Notes: a model not told the origin generated them from the letters alone. A stretch of DNA of 64,000 nucleotides from an uncultured bacterium (GCA_963705705.1 CAVPKK010000004.1:1-64000), one strand, 5' to 3'. Positions 27,566-37,938 are shown, numbered from the stretch's first letter. Made by a program: numbers and translations.

Positions 27566-27892
27566 CCGCTCGTCCTGAGCCTGTCGACCCTTCGATACAT
27601 TTTTGCCTAAGCAAAAACACTCAGGGCAATCGGGATGGGGTCCCCAAACCTCGGGTTCCCTTACAGGGTGAGTTTGGGGTAAAAGGATACGAGTGGCACG
27701 GCGAACCCAAACGTTCAGACCTGCTTCATATTTTTCAAATGTATAATTTATAATTTTGCCAAACCCGCCAAAACCATTTTTTGCGCTACGATCCTTCGAT
27801 CCTTCGAGGGGCCTCAGGAGTAAACCCTTCGACAGTCGTTGGAGCATCGAAGGCCTTTAGGTCTGAGCTTGTCGAAGACTCAGGATGAGCGC
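27566..27892. repeat. Cluster of nested CCTGAG..TCGAAGG palindromic elements between convergent atpG and murA
   Basis: Several CCTGAG/CTCAGG and TCGAAGG/CCTTCGA half-sites in nested order. Confidence 0.85.
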
Positions 27893-27926
27893 ATCTGGCC
27901 CAATCAGATTATAAAGCGATCCAATA

Positions 27927-29240
27927 TCACTGCTTTAGTGAGATCCTGGCACCGAGGGCGGCCAGCTTCTGCTCAAATGCTTGGTAACCACGTTTGAAGT
28001 GATGCACGCCAGTCATAATTGTTTTGCCCTCAGCAGCAAGTCCAGCTAAAACAAGCGCGCATGATGCACGAATGTCAGTTGCAATAACGTGTGCGCCATA
28101 AAGCTTTTCGACACCAATAATTTTGGCGCGACTGCCTTCAATGGTAATGTTTGCACCCATTTTTTGCAGTTCACGCACGTGCAAGAATCTATTCTCGTAA
28201 ACTGTTTCATGAACCGTGCTTGTACCTTCCGCTAAACAAAGGGCCGCCATCATTACCGGTTGTAAATCGGTTGGAAACCCAGGATATGGCATGGTGGTAA
28301 AAGAAACAGCGCGTGGTGTTTTGGTTGCTTTGAAAAAGATGCCCTGTTCAGTAGAAATGCGATGCCCCATTTCCTGTAATTTAAGTAGGAAGACATCCAA
28401 CACCGTTGGATCGGCTTGCGGTAAGTGAACTTGTCCGCCGGTAATTGCAGCAGCCAGAAGCAGAGAACCTACTTCAAGACGATCATACATAATGGTGTGT
28501 TCGATAGGCTTTAAATTCATCGTGCCGGTGATGACGATATTCATCGGCGGTTCAATAGTTATTTGCGCACCCATTTTTTTGAGTACCGCAATAAGATCCA
28601 ATACTTCGGGCTCTAAAGCCGCATTAATGATGCGCGTAGTTCCTGGCGTTGCAGCGGCTGCCATGAGAAGGTTTTCAGTCGCACCAACGCTTGGATAATC
28701 AAGCGTTAATGTTTTTGCTTCTAAATTTGTTGCATTCGCATAGAGCATTTCACCATCAGCAGTCACCTGCGCTCCCATGCGAATTAAATTTTTAAGATGG
28801 ATATCAATTGGTCGTACGCCAATTTGATCGCCGCCTGGCATAGCAATTTCTGCGCGACCGAAGCGAGCAAGAAGTGGGCCGAGCACCAACACCGATGCAC
28901 GCATTTTTTTCATGACTTCTGCGCTAATACGATATTTATTTACCGTAGAAGTATTTACCAGCAATAGATTTTTTTCAGGATAAAAAGAAATTTGTGCGCC
29001 CAACTCTTCGAGTAATTTCATCATTTGGTGCACGTCTTCAGAATCTGGGACATTTGAAAGTTCAGATGTGCCGTCAGTCAGCAAGAGTGAAGTCATAATA
29101 ACGAGCACCGCATTTTTTGCGCCAACGATGTTTGCTTGGCCGGCCAGTGATGGCGATTGTTCAATTGCTATATATGATTCTGATGGTAAAACGTCTTCAT
29201 GAAACTGATTAGTACGATGTGATTGTAATTGATCGAGCAT
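27927..29240 (-). CDS. murA: UDP-N-acetylglucosamine 1-carboxyvinyltransferase
   Basis: GAKNAVL, MRASVLVLGPLLAR, PGGDQIGVRPIDIH, YPGFPTDLQ. Confidence 0.97.
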   Translation of the reverse strand: MLDQLQSHRTNQFHEDVLPSESYIAIEQSPSLAGQANIVGAKNAVLVIMTSLLLTDGTSELSNVPDSEDVHQMMKLLEELGAQISFYPEKNLLLVNTSTVNKYRISAEVMKKMRASVLVLGPLLARFGRAEIAMPGGDQIGVRPIDIHLKNLIRMGAQVTADGEMLYANATNLEAKTLTLDYPSVGATENLLMAAAATPGTTRIINAALEPEVLDLIAVLKKMGAQITIEPPMNIVITGTMNLKPIEHTIMYDRLEVGSLLLAAAITGGQVHLPQADPTVLDVFLLKLQEMGHRISTEQGIFFKATKTPRAVSFTTMPYPGFPTDLQPVMMAALCLAEGTSTVHETVYENRFLHVRELQKMGANITIEGSRAKIIGVEKLYGAHVIATDIRASCALVLAGLAAEGKTIMTGVHHFKRGYQAFEQKLAALGARISLKQ

Positions 29241-29352
29241 TGTTGTTCCTTCTCAAGATGATGGCGCGTAGTCTACAGTGTTGTTGGGCAAAGAAAAACC
29301 TGTATGCTAGGGCTCCGTATCTAACAACACTAATTGTGGCAAGGAGCATCAT

Positions 29353-29979
29353 ATGTCAATCCGTCAGCCAGATTTTAAAGGTCGCCTTGAAGTTGTCTGT
29401 GGCTCAATGTTTTCAGGTAAATCAGAAGAACTTATTCGTCGCGTAAAACGCGCGCAGCTCGCCAAGCGTGAGGTGATTATGTTCAAGCATAGCCTGGATG
29501 ATCGTATAGCAAACGCGTACGTTGCGAGCCATGATGGTAATAAATTCGAAGCAATCCCTATTGAACAACCTTCAACCATCTTGGCTGTTGTCGATGAAGA
29601 CGTAGAAGTTGTTGGCATCGATGAAACACAATTTTTCCCGCCGGAAATTATCTCCGTAATTTGTGAATTAGTTGCGCAGGGGAAACGGGTCATCGCTGCC
29701 GGGCTTGATACTGATTTCCGCACAATACCATTCGGCCCGATGCCAGCCCTGCTTGCGTTAGCTGATGAAGCAGTAAAACTCAAAGCAATCTGCATGGTCT
29801 GCGGAAATGAAGCGCAGTTTACGCAACGTATTGTGAATGGAAAACCAGCCGGCTTTTATGATCCATTAATTTTAGTAGGTGCTCAAGAAAGTTACCAAGC
29901 TCGTTGCCGCAGATGCCACGCGATTGATAAAAGTGACGTTGTGGTGGATGCTGCTTCGTATATTGAAATGCAGGCGTAA
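29353..29979 (+). CDS. tdk: Thymidine kinase
   Basis: GSMFSGKSEELIRR, IDETQF, AGLDTDF, CMVC..YQARCRRC. Confidence 0.97.
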   Translation: MSIRQPDFKGRLEVVCGSMFSGKSEELIRRVKRAQLAKREVIMFKHSLDDRIANAYVASHDGNKFEAIPIEQPSTILAVVDEDVEVVGIDETQFFPPEIISVICELVAQGKRVIAAGLDTDFRTIPFGPMPALLALADEAVKLKAICMVCGNEAQFTQRIVNGKPAGFYDPLILVGAQESYQARCRRCHAIDKSDVVVDAASYIEMQA

Positions 29980-30029
29980 TTCAATTGGCTGAACAGAACT
30001 AATTAATTTTTACAGACAAAAGTCGTAGT

Positions 30030-30066
30030 CGCGCTCTGATTCTTCGATTAACTCAGAATGAGCGCG
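30030..30066 (-). repeat. CCTGAG-family palindromic unit (37 bp)
   Basis: Reverse complement CGCGCTCATTCTGAGTTAATCGAAGAATCAGAGCGCG. Confidence 0.85.
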
Positions 30067-30136
30067 GCTAGCGTAAATGTCTAATAGGTATTTTTTCATT
30101 GATCATATAAGTGGTTAATCTAAAAATAACTCAATC

Positions 30137-31498
30137 GTGAAACAAAAAATAAAGTATCAATGCAAAGCCTGCACCTACCAGCCAGTTAAATGGTTAGGAT
30201 GTTGCCCCGAATGCAAACAATGGGAAACCATTGAGGAGATTGCGCCGAGCGTTGTAATCAGCAAATTTGCCGGCGCAGCACAAAGTTCGGGCTACAGGCT
30301 CGTACCGTTGAGCAATATCTCAACCAATTCCCAAGAACGGTTTCGCGCCGGCATACACGAATGGGACCGCGTTCTTGGTGGCGGCATAATGCCAGGCTCA
30401 CTATTGCTTCTGGCAGGCGACCCAGGGATCGGGAAATCAACATTACTGCTGCAAATCGCCAATCGATTGGCAGACAATGCAAGCGTCCTATATTTCTCGT
30501 CAGAGGAATCACTCGAACAAGTAAAGCTTCGGGCCGAGCGCACTGGGTGTAACACCAGCAAAGTGCTATTCACCGATCAAGCCCAGGTGGAATCTATTAT
30601 CGCCACCATCGCCCAACACAAACCAGATATTGTTATCATCGATTCAATACAAAATTGTTATTCAACCAATTCAAATGCGGCCACCGGTAGCATTGCGCAA
30701 TTGCGCGAACGAGTATTTGCTTTCATGCGAGTGGCCAAAGATGAGCGGGTAGCAATTTTAATGTCGGGCCATATTACCAAAGAAGGTGATATTGCCGGGC
30801 CAAAGTTACTTGAGCATATGGTTGATGGTGTATTTTATTTGCATGGCGAAGATCGCTGGCAAACCAGAATCTTGCGCGCAGTAAAAAATAGATTTGGTGC
30901 AATTAATGAACTCGGCTTTTTTGAGATGGCGGAACAAGGGATGGTAGAAGTTCCCAATATCAACCAAGAATTGTTAGATGCAATTACAACCGCGCCTGGC
31001 TCAGTGCTTATTAGCTCATTGGAAGGCTCAAGACCTTTGTTGTTGGAGTTACAGGCATTAACTATCCCAGCCAAATTCGGGATACCGCAGCGGGTTATTA
31101 CCGGTCTTGACCATAAACGCGTGGTACTGATTGCCGCCATCTTGGAAAAATATTTGCATGTAAAATTAAGTGAGCACGATATTTTCTTCAAAGTAAGCGG
31201 CTCATTTAAGCTCAAAGAGTCAGCCGTTGACCTCGGAATTGCTTTGGCATTACTCTCGAGTTATTTCCAGCAGCCGTTGACCGAAAAATCAATTGCGCTT
31301 GGCGAACTGAGCCTCACCGGCCAGATTAAGCCCATTAACCAAATCGGCATGCATTTAAGCGAAGCCAATAATTTCCGCATCAACAAAATATATGTATCAC
31401 ATCAACAAAAAGTTGAGCAAACCGACGCGCCGGTTGTTCGGCTCAAGAATGTGTACGATCTATTAACGCTATTTAGCGCTCGTACCGAGCAAGAATAA
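30137..31498 (+). CDS. radA: DNA repair protein RadA/Sms
   Basis: C4 zinc finger, GDPGIGKST, KNRFG, Lon-like C-terminus. Confidence 0.97.
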   Translation: MKQKIKYQCKACTYQPVKWLGCCPECKQWETIEEIAPSVVISKFAGAAQSSGYRLVPLSNISTNSQERFRAGIHEWDRVLGGGIMPGSLLLLAGDPGIGKSTLLLQIANRLADNASVLYFSSEESLEQVKLRAERTGCNTSKVLFTDQAQVESIIATIAQHKPDIVIIDSIQNCYSTNSNAATGSIAQLRERVFAFMRVAKDERVAILMSGHITKEGDIAGPKLLEHMVDGVFYLHGEDRWQTRILRAVKNRFGAINELGFFEMAEQGMVEVPNINQELLDAITTAPGSVLISSLEGSRPLLLELQALTIPAKFGIPQRVITGLDHKRVVLIAAILEKYLHVKLSEHDIFFKVSGSFKLKESAVDLGIALALLSSYFQQPLTEKSIALGELSLTGQIKPINQIGMHLSEANNFRINKIYVSHQQKVEQTDAPVVRLKNVYDLLTLFSARTEQE

Positions 31499-31512
31499 AG
31501 CAAAATATTTTT

Positions 31513-31977
31513 TCATTGGCTGGTTTGTGATGCAAAAAAGGCATCACGCTCGCGTAGCGCATCGTGATATACGGGGCCACCAATAAGAGATGCTTCGTAT
31601 ACCTTTGCATTTAATTCAGCAAGTTTTTTTTGCACCTCGTTCAGATGATCCGCTTCTGCAATCGCTGCCCGCGCTTTTTTTCGCGGAACGTATAGGCGAT
31701 TTGCTAGCTGTATTTCGTTTTGGCGTTCCTTTACTTGCTTATCATATTGTTCGCTCGGCGCGAGCACGGCAACTTCCTTTTTTTCTTTCAAGCCTGGGTC
31801 GCTTGGTTCAGGCGGTTTTTCTTCAGGATGAAAAGTAAAAATCGGTTGCTGATCCATGGGCGTTTTTGCCATCTGCCGCGCAGGAGTCATTTCTGGATAA
31901 ATTGAATCTGCAGAAAATGCTGCATTAGGCAAAATAAATAATATGATGAACACGCTGCTTTTTTGTGCGTAATACAT
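31513..31977 (-). CDS. Hypothetical secreted protein
   Basis: Signal peptide ending AFSA; coiled-coil C-terminus. Confidence 0.65.
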   Translation of the reverse strand: MYYAQKSSVFIILFILPNAAFSADSIYPEMTPARQMAKTPMDQQPIFTFHPEEKPPEPSDPGLKEKKEVAVLAPSEQYDKQVKERQNEIQLANRLYVPRKKARAAIAEADHLNEVQKKLAELNAKVYEASLIGGPVYHDALRERDAFFASQTSQ

Positions 31978-32117
31978 AGCAATCCTTTTTCTTCTTAGTT
32001 TAGCCCAAAATAGCCCTTCATCGTCAAGAGTTTTGGTTTGTTTTTTGTTGCATGCCTTCCTGAATTACGTAGAATACATTTCTAATTCATTACTTAATCT
32101 GAAAAATAGGAGATCAG

Positions 32118-35100
32118 ATGACCGGGATTTTATCTACCCGCAAACCACTATTTTGGTTTATTGCCGTATCATTTTCAGTCGCAGGCATTTGGTTTGCTAT
32201 CAAAAATTACAGTGTTGCCTTTCCCATCGCACAAGTTGATATCAAATTTTCGCGCAAAGAAGCAATCGAAGAAGCAAAAAAGATTTGTGAAAAGTTTCAT
32301 CTCGGGCCACAAGAGAAGCACCGGCATGCAGCATCCTTTGAAACTGATTCTGCAACACAGTTGTATGTAGAACTCGAAGCCGGTGGCAGTACAGCCTTTA
32401 ACCAAATAGTAACCGGCACACTCTTTTCGCCTTATACATGGCAAGTTCGCCATTTCGTTGAAAATGATCCGCATGAAGTTACTGTATTATTAAAACCGGA
32501 TGGCGCGCATTATGGTTTTATTGAGAAAGTTTCTGAGAATATGCCAGGGCCTGCGTTGCCGGTCGAAGAGGCTAAGGAATTGGCTGAAGCGGCGACTAAA
32601 CAATGGCTGGTAGGCGAAGCTTACCACCTTGTCGAATCATCAAAAGAGCAGCGGCCCAATGGGCGCGTAGATCATACCTTCACCTATGAATTGCCAGAGA
32701 AAATTGGTGAAGGAAGGTATCGTTATCAAATCGTAGTCAGTGGCGATAAAGTCACAACCGTTAAACCATCCGTCAAAGTACCCGAAAGTTTTTTCAAGCA
32801 TTACAGTGCATTACGATCGGGCAATCTTACAATTCGCCAGATTGCCGTTGTTTTGGTACTGCTCCTCTACTTAATCATCGGCTGTTATGGTGGCTTATTC
32901 TTTTTGCTGCGGCGCAGAGAAGTAATTTGGAAACAGCCAATTTTCTGGGCATTTATCATCGCTGGGGTTTGTGCGCTTGATGAGCTTAATGGGCTGCCGC
33001 TTGCATGGATGAAATATGATACTGCTACCTCAGTAAATAACTTCTTATTCATACAATTCACCAGCATAGTTTCATCATTTATTCAAACCTTCTTAGTTAC
33101 CTTGCTCGTGGCAATTATAGTCGCTGAAGGATTCACACGGCTTGCATTCGGTGACAAGGTTCAGCTGTGGCGCGTCTGGTCGAAAAATGTTGCCGCAAGT
33201 CCGACAATCTTAGGCCAAACCATTGGTGGCTATCTATTAACCGGTACCGAAGTTGGATTCTCGATGGTTTTGTTTTACATCATCGCCCGGAATTATTTTG
33301 GTTGGTGGGTACCATCGCAAACATTGGCAGACCCCAACGTGCTTGCCCGTTATGTACCGTGGTTACACCCTATTGCTGCGTCGCTGCATGCTGGTTTTTG
33401 GGAAGAATGTTTGTTCCGTGCAGTCCCATTAGGTGGCGCTGCATTATTAGGTGAACGGTTCGGTAAACGGAATCTATTCATTGCCATTGGCATGGTTGTA
33501 CAAATACTAATTTTTGGCGCCGGCCATGCCCATTATCCTGCCGAACCAGCAATTGCGCGTGTTATTGAGTTGATCATTCCTTCATTCATTTTCGGCGTAC
33601 TATATTTACTATATGGGCTCTTGCCAATTATCATTGCCCACTACACCTATGATGCCGCATTAATCGGCCTACCTATATTTATTTCGCATGCGCATGGCGG
33701 GATGATAGACAAGGTGATGGTTGTAATCGTCAGCTTAATTCCGCTCTGGATTATTTTATATCGTCTTATACAACAAGGCGGTTGGCGCACTGTGCCTTCC
33801 AATGCATACAATAAGGCGTATGTACCATCCGAACACGAAGCAAAACAAGCGCACATCCCGTTATCCACGCATTCAGCATTATTGGATCGACTCGGCGCAA
33901 AAAAAGTTATCGCTTCAACTACTATCTGCTTTATTGGTGCTGTGGCTGCCTGGGGCTTCCTGACCAGATTTAATCATGATGAAACGCGCTTGCATCTGGA
34001 CAGAGAAAAAGCAATTGCAATTGCGCAACAAGAGCTTGCCAAGCATAACGTTGATATTCAACAATGGCATGCTCTTTCGAACGTCAGTGGCGAACCCAAG
34101 CAACAAGATCGCTATATATGGCAAGAATTCTGCCGGCCATTGTACCGTGAGTTAATGCATGACTTTTATTTGCAACCACCGTGTTGGGAAATACGTTTTG
34201 CTACATGGCAGGGAAAATTAGCCGATCGTGCAGAAGAATATCATGTAAACATTGCACGAGATGGTACGGTTGTGCGGTACGAGCATAAGCTGCCGCAGCA
34301 CAAGCCAGGTTTGTCATTAACAGAACATGAAGCGAGGGATGTTGCACATAAGGCTCTTTCGGCGGATGGATTTGATGTCGCAACCCTTAACGAAATGGGA
34401 GCTGTTGCCGAAAAGCAACCGGAACGCACCGATTGGAAACTCACCTTTGAGTTAAAGCCTGAAGCACTATCGATGCCTTCATGCAAATCTACTCCACCAG
34501 ATAATAAACCAACAAACCCAAGATTACGCATCGATGTCAAAATAAGCGGCGATAAAGTAACTGAAATTAAACGCTATGTGTATGTGCCGGAACAATGGTC
34601 GCGCGCAGATAAAGATAACAAGCAACTGCGGAAGGGCATCAAACATCTTATTACCTTATTTGGCTATGTTCTTATTGGCCTCGCTGCTTTATACGCGTTC
34701 ATTACATTCCAATGGACTGGCAAAGTTTTATTGTTAACGGTCTTAGGACTTCTTGCACTCGGATTATTTAGCGTCGTCAACATATATGACATGTTGGCAT
34801 TTAAGCTAGAAACGAGCCAATCCATTGCAGCACAACTGTTCCGGATGTTTAGCTTACTAACAGTGTTGACCATGTTCTTGGTTGGCATGCAGGCATTAGT
34901 CGCTGCTTGGTTGTATAAAATGACACATCTAAAAGAGAAAATCCGATTGTCAGCACTATCTTTGTCGATTGCCTTAGGCGCTACATGCGCGGCACTTCTT
35001 TCATGGATGGACCGTATTTCTAGCTGCTGCGCTCCCGCATGGGCTCACTATCAAACCGCAGGGCTTGTTTTCCCGTTGCTTGGTACTGCAGTTTCTGTAA

Positions 35101-35513
35101 TTGATCTATTTATTAGTATCCTCATCAAACTCCTGGCTTGGGGATTGATGTGCAATGCAATCTGGTATTATGTTGGTGGACATAAACGTACTGTTTGGGC
35201 AAACACAGCAATTATCTTACTCACTATGCTTACCGCACACATTATCGCGGAGCCGGCCTTAGAGCATGATATTCATGGTTGGGTGATTGGCAGCATCGGA
35301 TTTAGCATTATTCTAATCGTTGGTTATTACCTACTATATAGATTTGACCTGCGATTATTGATACCAACCGCAACAACCTATGTTATTATTTCGCAACTCA
35401 AGCAATTGATACTGCATGCCTTCCCTGGCGCTTGGTTGGGAGCAGCGGCTGGATTGGTTATGGTAGCACTTCTAGCTTGGGGCTGTGTTTACCTCCTGCG
35501 AAAAAGAGAGTAA
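32118..35513 (+). CDS. Large CPBP/Abi-family intramembrane metalloprotease with duplicated extracytoplasmic domains
   Basis: WEECLFR, FGAGH, AHYTYD motifs; two similar soluble domains (IVVSGDKVT..VKVPE / VKISGDKVT..VYVPE). Confidence 0.85.
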   Translation: MTGILSTRKPLFWFIAVSFSVAGIWFAIKNYSVAFPIAQVDIKFSRKEAIEEAKKICEKFHLGPQEKHRHAASFETDSATQLYVELEAGGSTAFNQIVTGTLFSPYTWQVRHFVENDPHEVTVLLKPDGAHYGFIEKVSENMPGPALPVEEAKELAEAATKQWLVGEAYHLVESSKEQRPNGRVDHTFTYELPEKIGEGRYRYQIVVSGDKVTTVKPSVKVPESFFKHYSALRSGNLTIRQIAVVLVLLLYLIIGCYGGLFFLLRRREVIWKQPIFWAFIIAGVCALDELNGLPLAWMKYDTATSVNNFLFIQFTSIVSSFIQTFLVTLLVAIIVAEGFTRLAFGDKVQLWRVWSKNVAASPTILGQTIGGYLLTGTEVGFSMVLFYIIARNYFGWWVPSQTLADPNVLARYVPWLHPIAASLHAGFWEECLFRAVPLGGAALLGERFGKRNLFIAIGMVVQILIFGAGHAHYPAEPAIARVIELIIPSFIFGVLYLLYGLLPIIIAHYTYDAALIGLPIFISHAHGGMIDKVMVVIVSLIPLWIILYRLIQQGGWRTVPSNAYNKAYVPSEHEAKQAHIPLSTHSALLDRLGAKKVIASTTICFIGAVAAWGFLTRFNHDETRLHLDREKAIAIAQQELAKHNVDIQQWHALSNVSGEPKQQDRYIWQEFCRPLYRELMHDFYLQPPCWEIRFATWQGKLADRAEEYHVNIARDGTVVRYEHKLPQHKPGLSLTEHEARDVAHKALSADGFDVATLNEMGAVAEKQPERTDWKLTFELKPEALSMPSCKSTPPDNKPTNPRLRIDVKISGDKVTEIKRYVYVPEQWSRADKDNKQLRKGIKHLITLFGYVLIGLAALYAFITFQWTGKVLLLTVLGLLALGLFSVVNIYDMLAFKLETSQSIAAQLFRMFSLLTVLTMFLVGMQALVAAWLYKMTHLKEKIRLSALSLSIALGATCAALLSWMDRISSCCAPAWAHYQTAGLVFPLLGTAVSVIDLFISILIKLLAWGLMCNAIWYYVGGHKRTVWANTAIILLTMLTAHIIAEPALEHDIHGWVIGSIGFSIILIVGYYLLYRFDLRLLIPTATTYVIISQLKQLILHAFPGAWLGAAAGLVMVALLAWGCVYLLRKRE

Positions 35514-35672
35514 TATCTTGGCGATTTGGTGGCTGCGCCACCTAAACTTTGCGTCGCTTGCTTGGTGCTTTAGCCCAACCTCGCGCCGCTGAGTTGTATA
35601 CGAAGTCAAAGCAGGGAAGCACTCGCTTCCTTGTTTGTTCTCTACCAACCAATTCCTTGAGGGCCGTTTTTT

Positions 35673-37070
35673 ATGGTTATTTCGTTTTTCCAGATGATCA
35701 CCCGTCCCATGTTTGGCTCGTTCGAACGCGAAGAGTACAAAAAGTTTTTACGGATGGGATTAATCTTTACCACCCTCATTGGTTCATACTGGACCATGCG
35801 CCCGCTCAAAGATGCAATTTTTTCCGAGCTCGTTGGTGCTGCAGCAATTCCCTGGGCTAAAACGGCATCTCTCATAATCCTCATCCCAACCGTAATGTTT
35901 TATACCCGGTTATTGGATAAATATTCCCGCGAAAAAATGTTCTATATCCTCTCAGCATTTTACGGGATCACCCTGCTACTTTTTGCACTCGTATTTATTT
36001 CACCAATCGGTCTTGGCAGTGCTGAAGAAATAGCAGCACGTTCAGGCGCTGTAGCTATTCTTGATGATGCACTTGGCTATTTGTGGTATGTCTACGTAGA
36101 AAGCTTTGGTTCTCTGATCATTGCGCTTTTCTGGGCAATCGCATCTGACACAACAATGCCAGAATCAGCTAAAAAAGGGTTTCCTTTTGTAGTCTGCTTA
36201 GGCCAAATCGGCGGTATTGTTGGACCACGTTATCTTTCTCGCCTACCTCGTTATCTAAACTTTGAGACTAGTGCATTAACAGTTGCCATTGTTGGCTGCT
36301 TTGTACTTTTGGTAAGCGCATTCTTTACCTATTTCCTTAAAGCAACTCCTGCGCATCTACTTACCTCTTTCCATGGTAAAAACGAAGCTACAGAGAAAAA
36401 AGAACAAGAACCTGGCTTCCTTGAAGGTCTCAAGTTAGTGCTCGCACACAACTATTTGATCAGCATGTTTGCTGTTTACTTCTTCTACGAGTTCATCGTT
36501 ACCATTTTTGACTTGCACTTTAAATTTGCAGCTGCATCACAATACAAAGGTCTTGCACTTGCAGAGTATCTTTCACACTACGGCTCAATGGTAAACACCG
36601 TAGCACTCCTTTGCTTATTGCTTGGTGTAAGTAACATTACTCGTTATCTTGGCATCACAATCGCATTGGTCATTCTGCCTATCATCATCTTCGGTGCACT
36701 GATTGGCTTTAACATTATCAGCCACTTGGAATTCTTATTCTGGCTCATGGTAGGCTCTAAGGCTATCAACTATGCACTTAATGGTCCGACCATGAAGCAA
36801 CTATACATTCCAACTACGCATGATGTTCGCTTCAAGTCATCTGCTTGGATCGAAACATTCGGCTCTCGCGCTTCTAAAGAAGGCGGATCACTATTCAACA
36901 TGCTGCTTGGTCCATTGACCACCAAGTATGGCGTAGTTGCCGGCCGTGCGATGCACGCGATGTGGGCATCATATGTAGGCTACGCAATGGTTGCCGTTTG
37001 GGTATTCATTGCCGCATTCTTGGGCAAAACTTACAACCGCGCTATCGAAGAGAAACGCGTAGTCTGCTAA
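35673..37070 (+). CDS. NTT/TLC family nucleotide (ATP/ADP-type) translocase
   Basis: YWTMRPLKDAIF, LFWAIA..ESAKKGFP, NYALNGPTMKQLYIP..KSSAWIETFGSR; about 12 TM helices. Confidence 0.88.
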   Translation: MVISFFQMITRPMFGSFEREEYKKFLRMGLIFTTLIGSYWTMRPLKDAIFSELVGAAAIPWAKTASLIILIPTVMFYTRLLDKYSREKMFYILSAFYGITLLLFALVFISPIGLGSAEEIAARSGAVAILDDALGYLWYVYVESFGSLIIALFWAIASDTTMPESAKKGFPFVVCLGQIGGIVGPRYLSRLPRYLNFETSALTVAIVGCFVLLVSAFFTYFLKATPAHLLTSFHGKNEATEKKEQEPGFLEGLKLVLAHNYLISMFAVYFFYEFIVTIFDLHFKFAAASQYKGLALAEYLSHYGSMVNTVALLCLLLGVSNITRYLGITIALVILPIIIFGALIGFNIISHLEFLFWLMVGSKAINYALNGPTMKQLYIPTTHDVRFKSSAWIETFGSRASKEGGSLFNMLLGPLTTKYGVVAGRAMHAMWASYVGYAMVAVWVFIAAFLGKTYNRAIEEKRVVC

Positions 37071-37129
37071 CCAGGGCTTGCCCTGGACCCGTGGAGCAAT
37101 TATTCTCTACGTAGGCAGTTTTACAGATT

Positions 37130-37160
37130 AGGCCGGGAGAACATCCCGGCCTTCTTCTTT
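37130..37160 (+). terminator. Intrinsic terminator
   Basis: AGGCCGGGA-GAACA-TCCCGGCCT then TCTTCTTT. Confidence 0.65.
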
Positions 37161-37225
37161 GATCAAATTTTTTGTTTCACAGTTATTTTTATATATTCAT
37201 CTCATTATCTTCACGTGAATGATAA

Positions 37226-37449
37226 CGCGCTCATCCTGCATGTCCGCCAAAGCTCATGGATGTTGTAGAAATTATTATTAGATGCAAGAGGATCGCGCTC
37301 ATTCTGAGGCTTCGACGAGGCTCAGCCTGTAGTCCTTCGAATAAATTTCCTCGAGTCGAAGAGTTTACTCCTGAGTTTATCGAAGGATCGAAGAATCAAG
37401 CGCGCAAAACAACGGCATCGGCGGAAGTTGATCGAAGGATCAGAGCGCG
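37226..37449 (+). repeat. Nested CCTGAG..TCGAAGG palindromic composite
   Basis: Outer CGCGCTCATCCTG..TCGAAGGATCAGAGCGCG encloses inner CGCGCTCATTCTGAG..TCGAAGAATCAAGCGCG (37294-37404). Confidence 0.85.
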
Positions 37450-37513
37450 AAGCTGGCCCTATCAAATCAGCGACTAAGAAAAAAATAAATAATCATACCT
37501 TAAAGGATAAATC

Positions 37514-37936
37514 ATGATTTGGATTTTATATGGCTTACTTTCCGCCTTCGCCGCCGCGCTCGTAGCCCTATTCGGCAAATTGGGATTAAAAGGATTTGAT
37601 TCAGTACTTGCGACCACCCTTCGTTCGGGCATTCAGCTACTCAGCATGCTTTTTTTTAGCGGTATTCTGCATCGGTTTGATCTTACAAAAATTATGGCTC
37701 TATCTGGCCGGGATTGGTTCTGGATCGCAGCCTCAGGTTTTGCAGGGGCATTATCCTGGCTGTTTTATTTTAGTGGTCTTGCAATCGGGCCGATGAATAA
37801 GATGGTGGCACTTGATCGTTTGAGTTTGGTATTCGCCATTATCTTAAGCGCAGTTGTACTTGGTGAGAAAATCACCGCATGGACAATAATAGGAACTGCA
37901 TTAATGGTCGTCGGTTCGTTCTTAATTGTTAAATAA
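37514..37936 (+). CDS. EamA/DMT family transporter (single domain)
   Basis: WILYGLLSA..FGKLGL..DSVLATTLRS; LDRLSLVF..LGEK. Confidence 0.9.
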   Translation: MIWILYGLLSAFAAALVALFGKLGLKGFDSVLATTLRSGIQLLSMLFFSGILHRFDLTKIMALSGRDWFWIAASGFAGALSWLFYFSGLAIGPMNKMVALDRLSLVFAIILSAVVLGEKITAWTIIGTALMVVGSFLIVK

Positions 37937-37938
37937 AA

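Noticed and set aside
27383..27847. 154-aa minus-strand ORF, and the 73-aa ORF at 37256-37477
   Set aside because: Open frames through palindromic repeat clusters, with no RBS or protein-like features.
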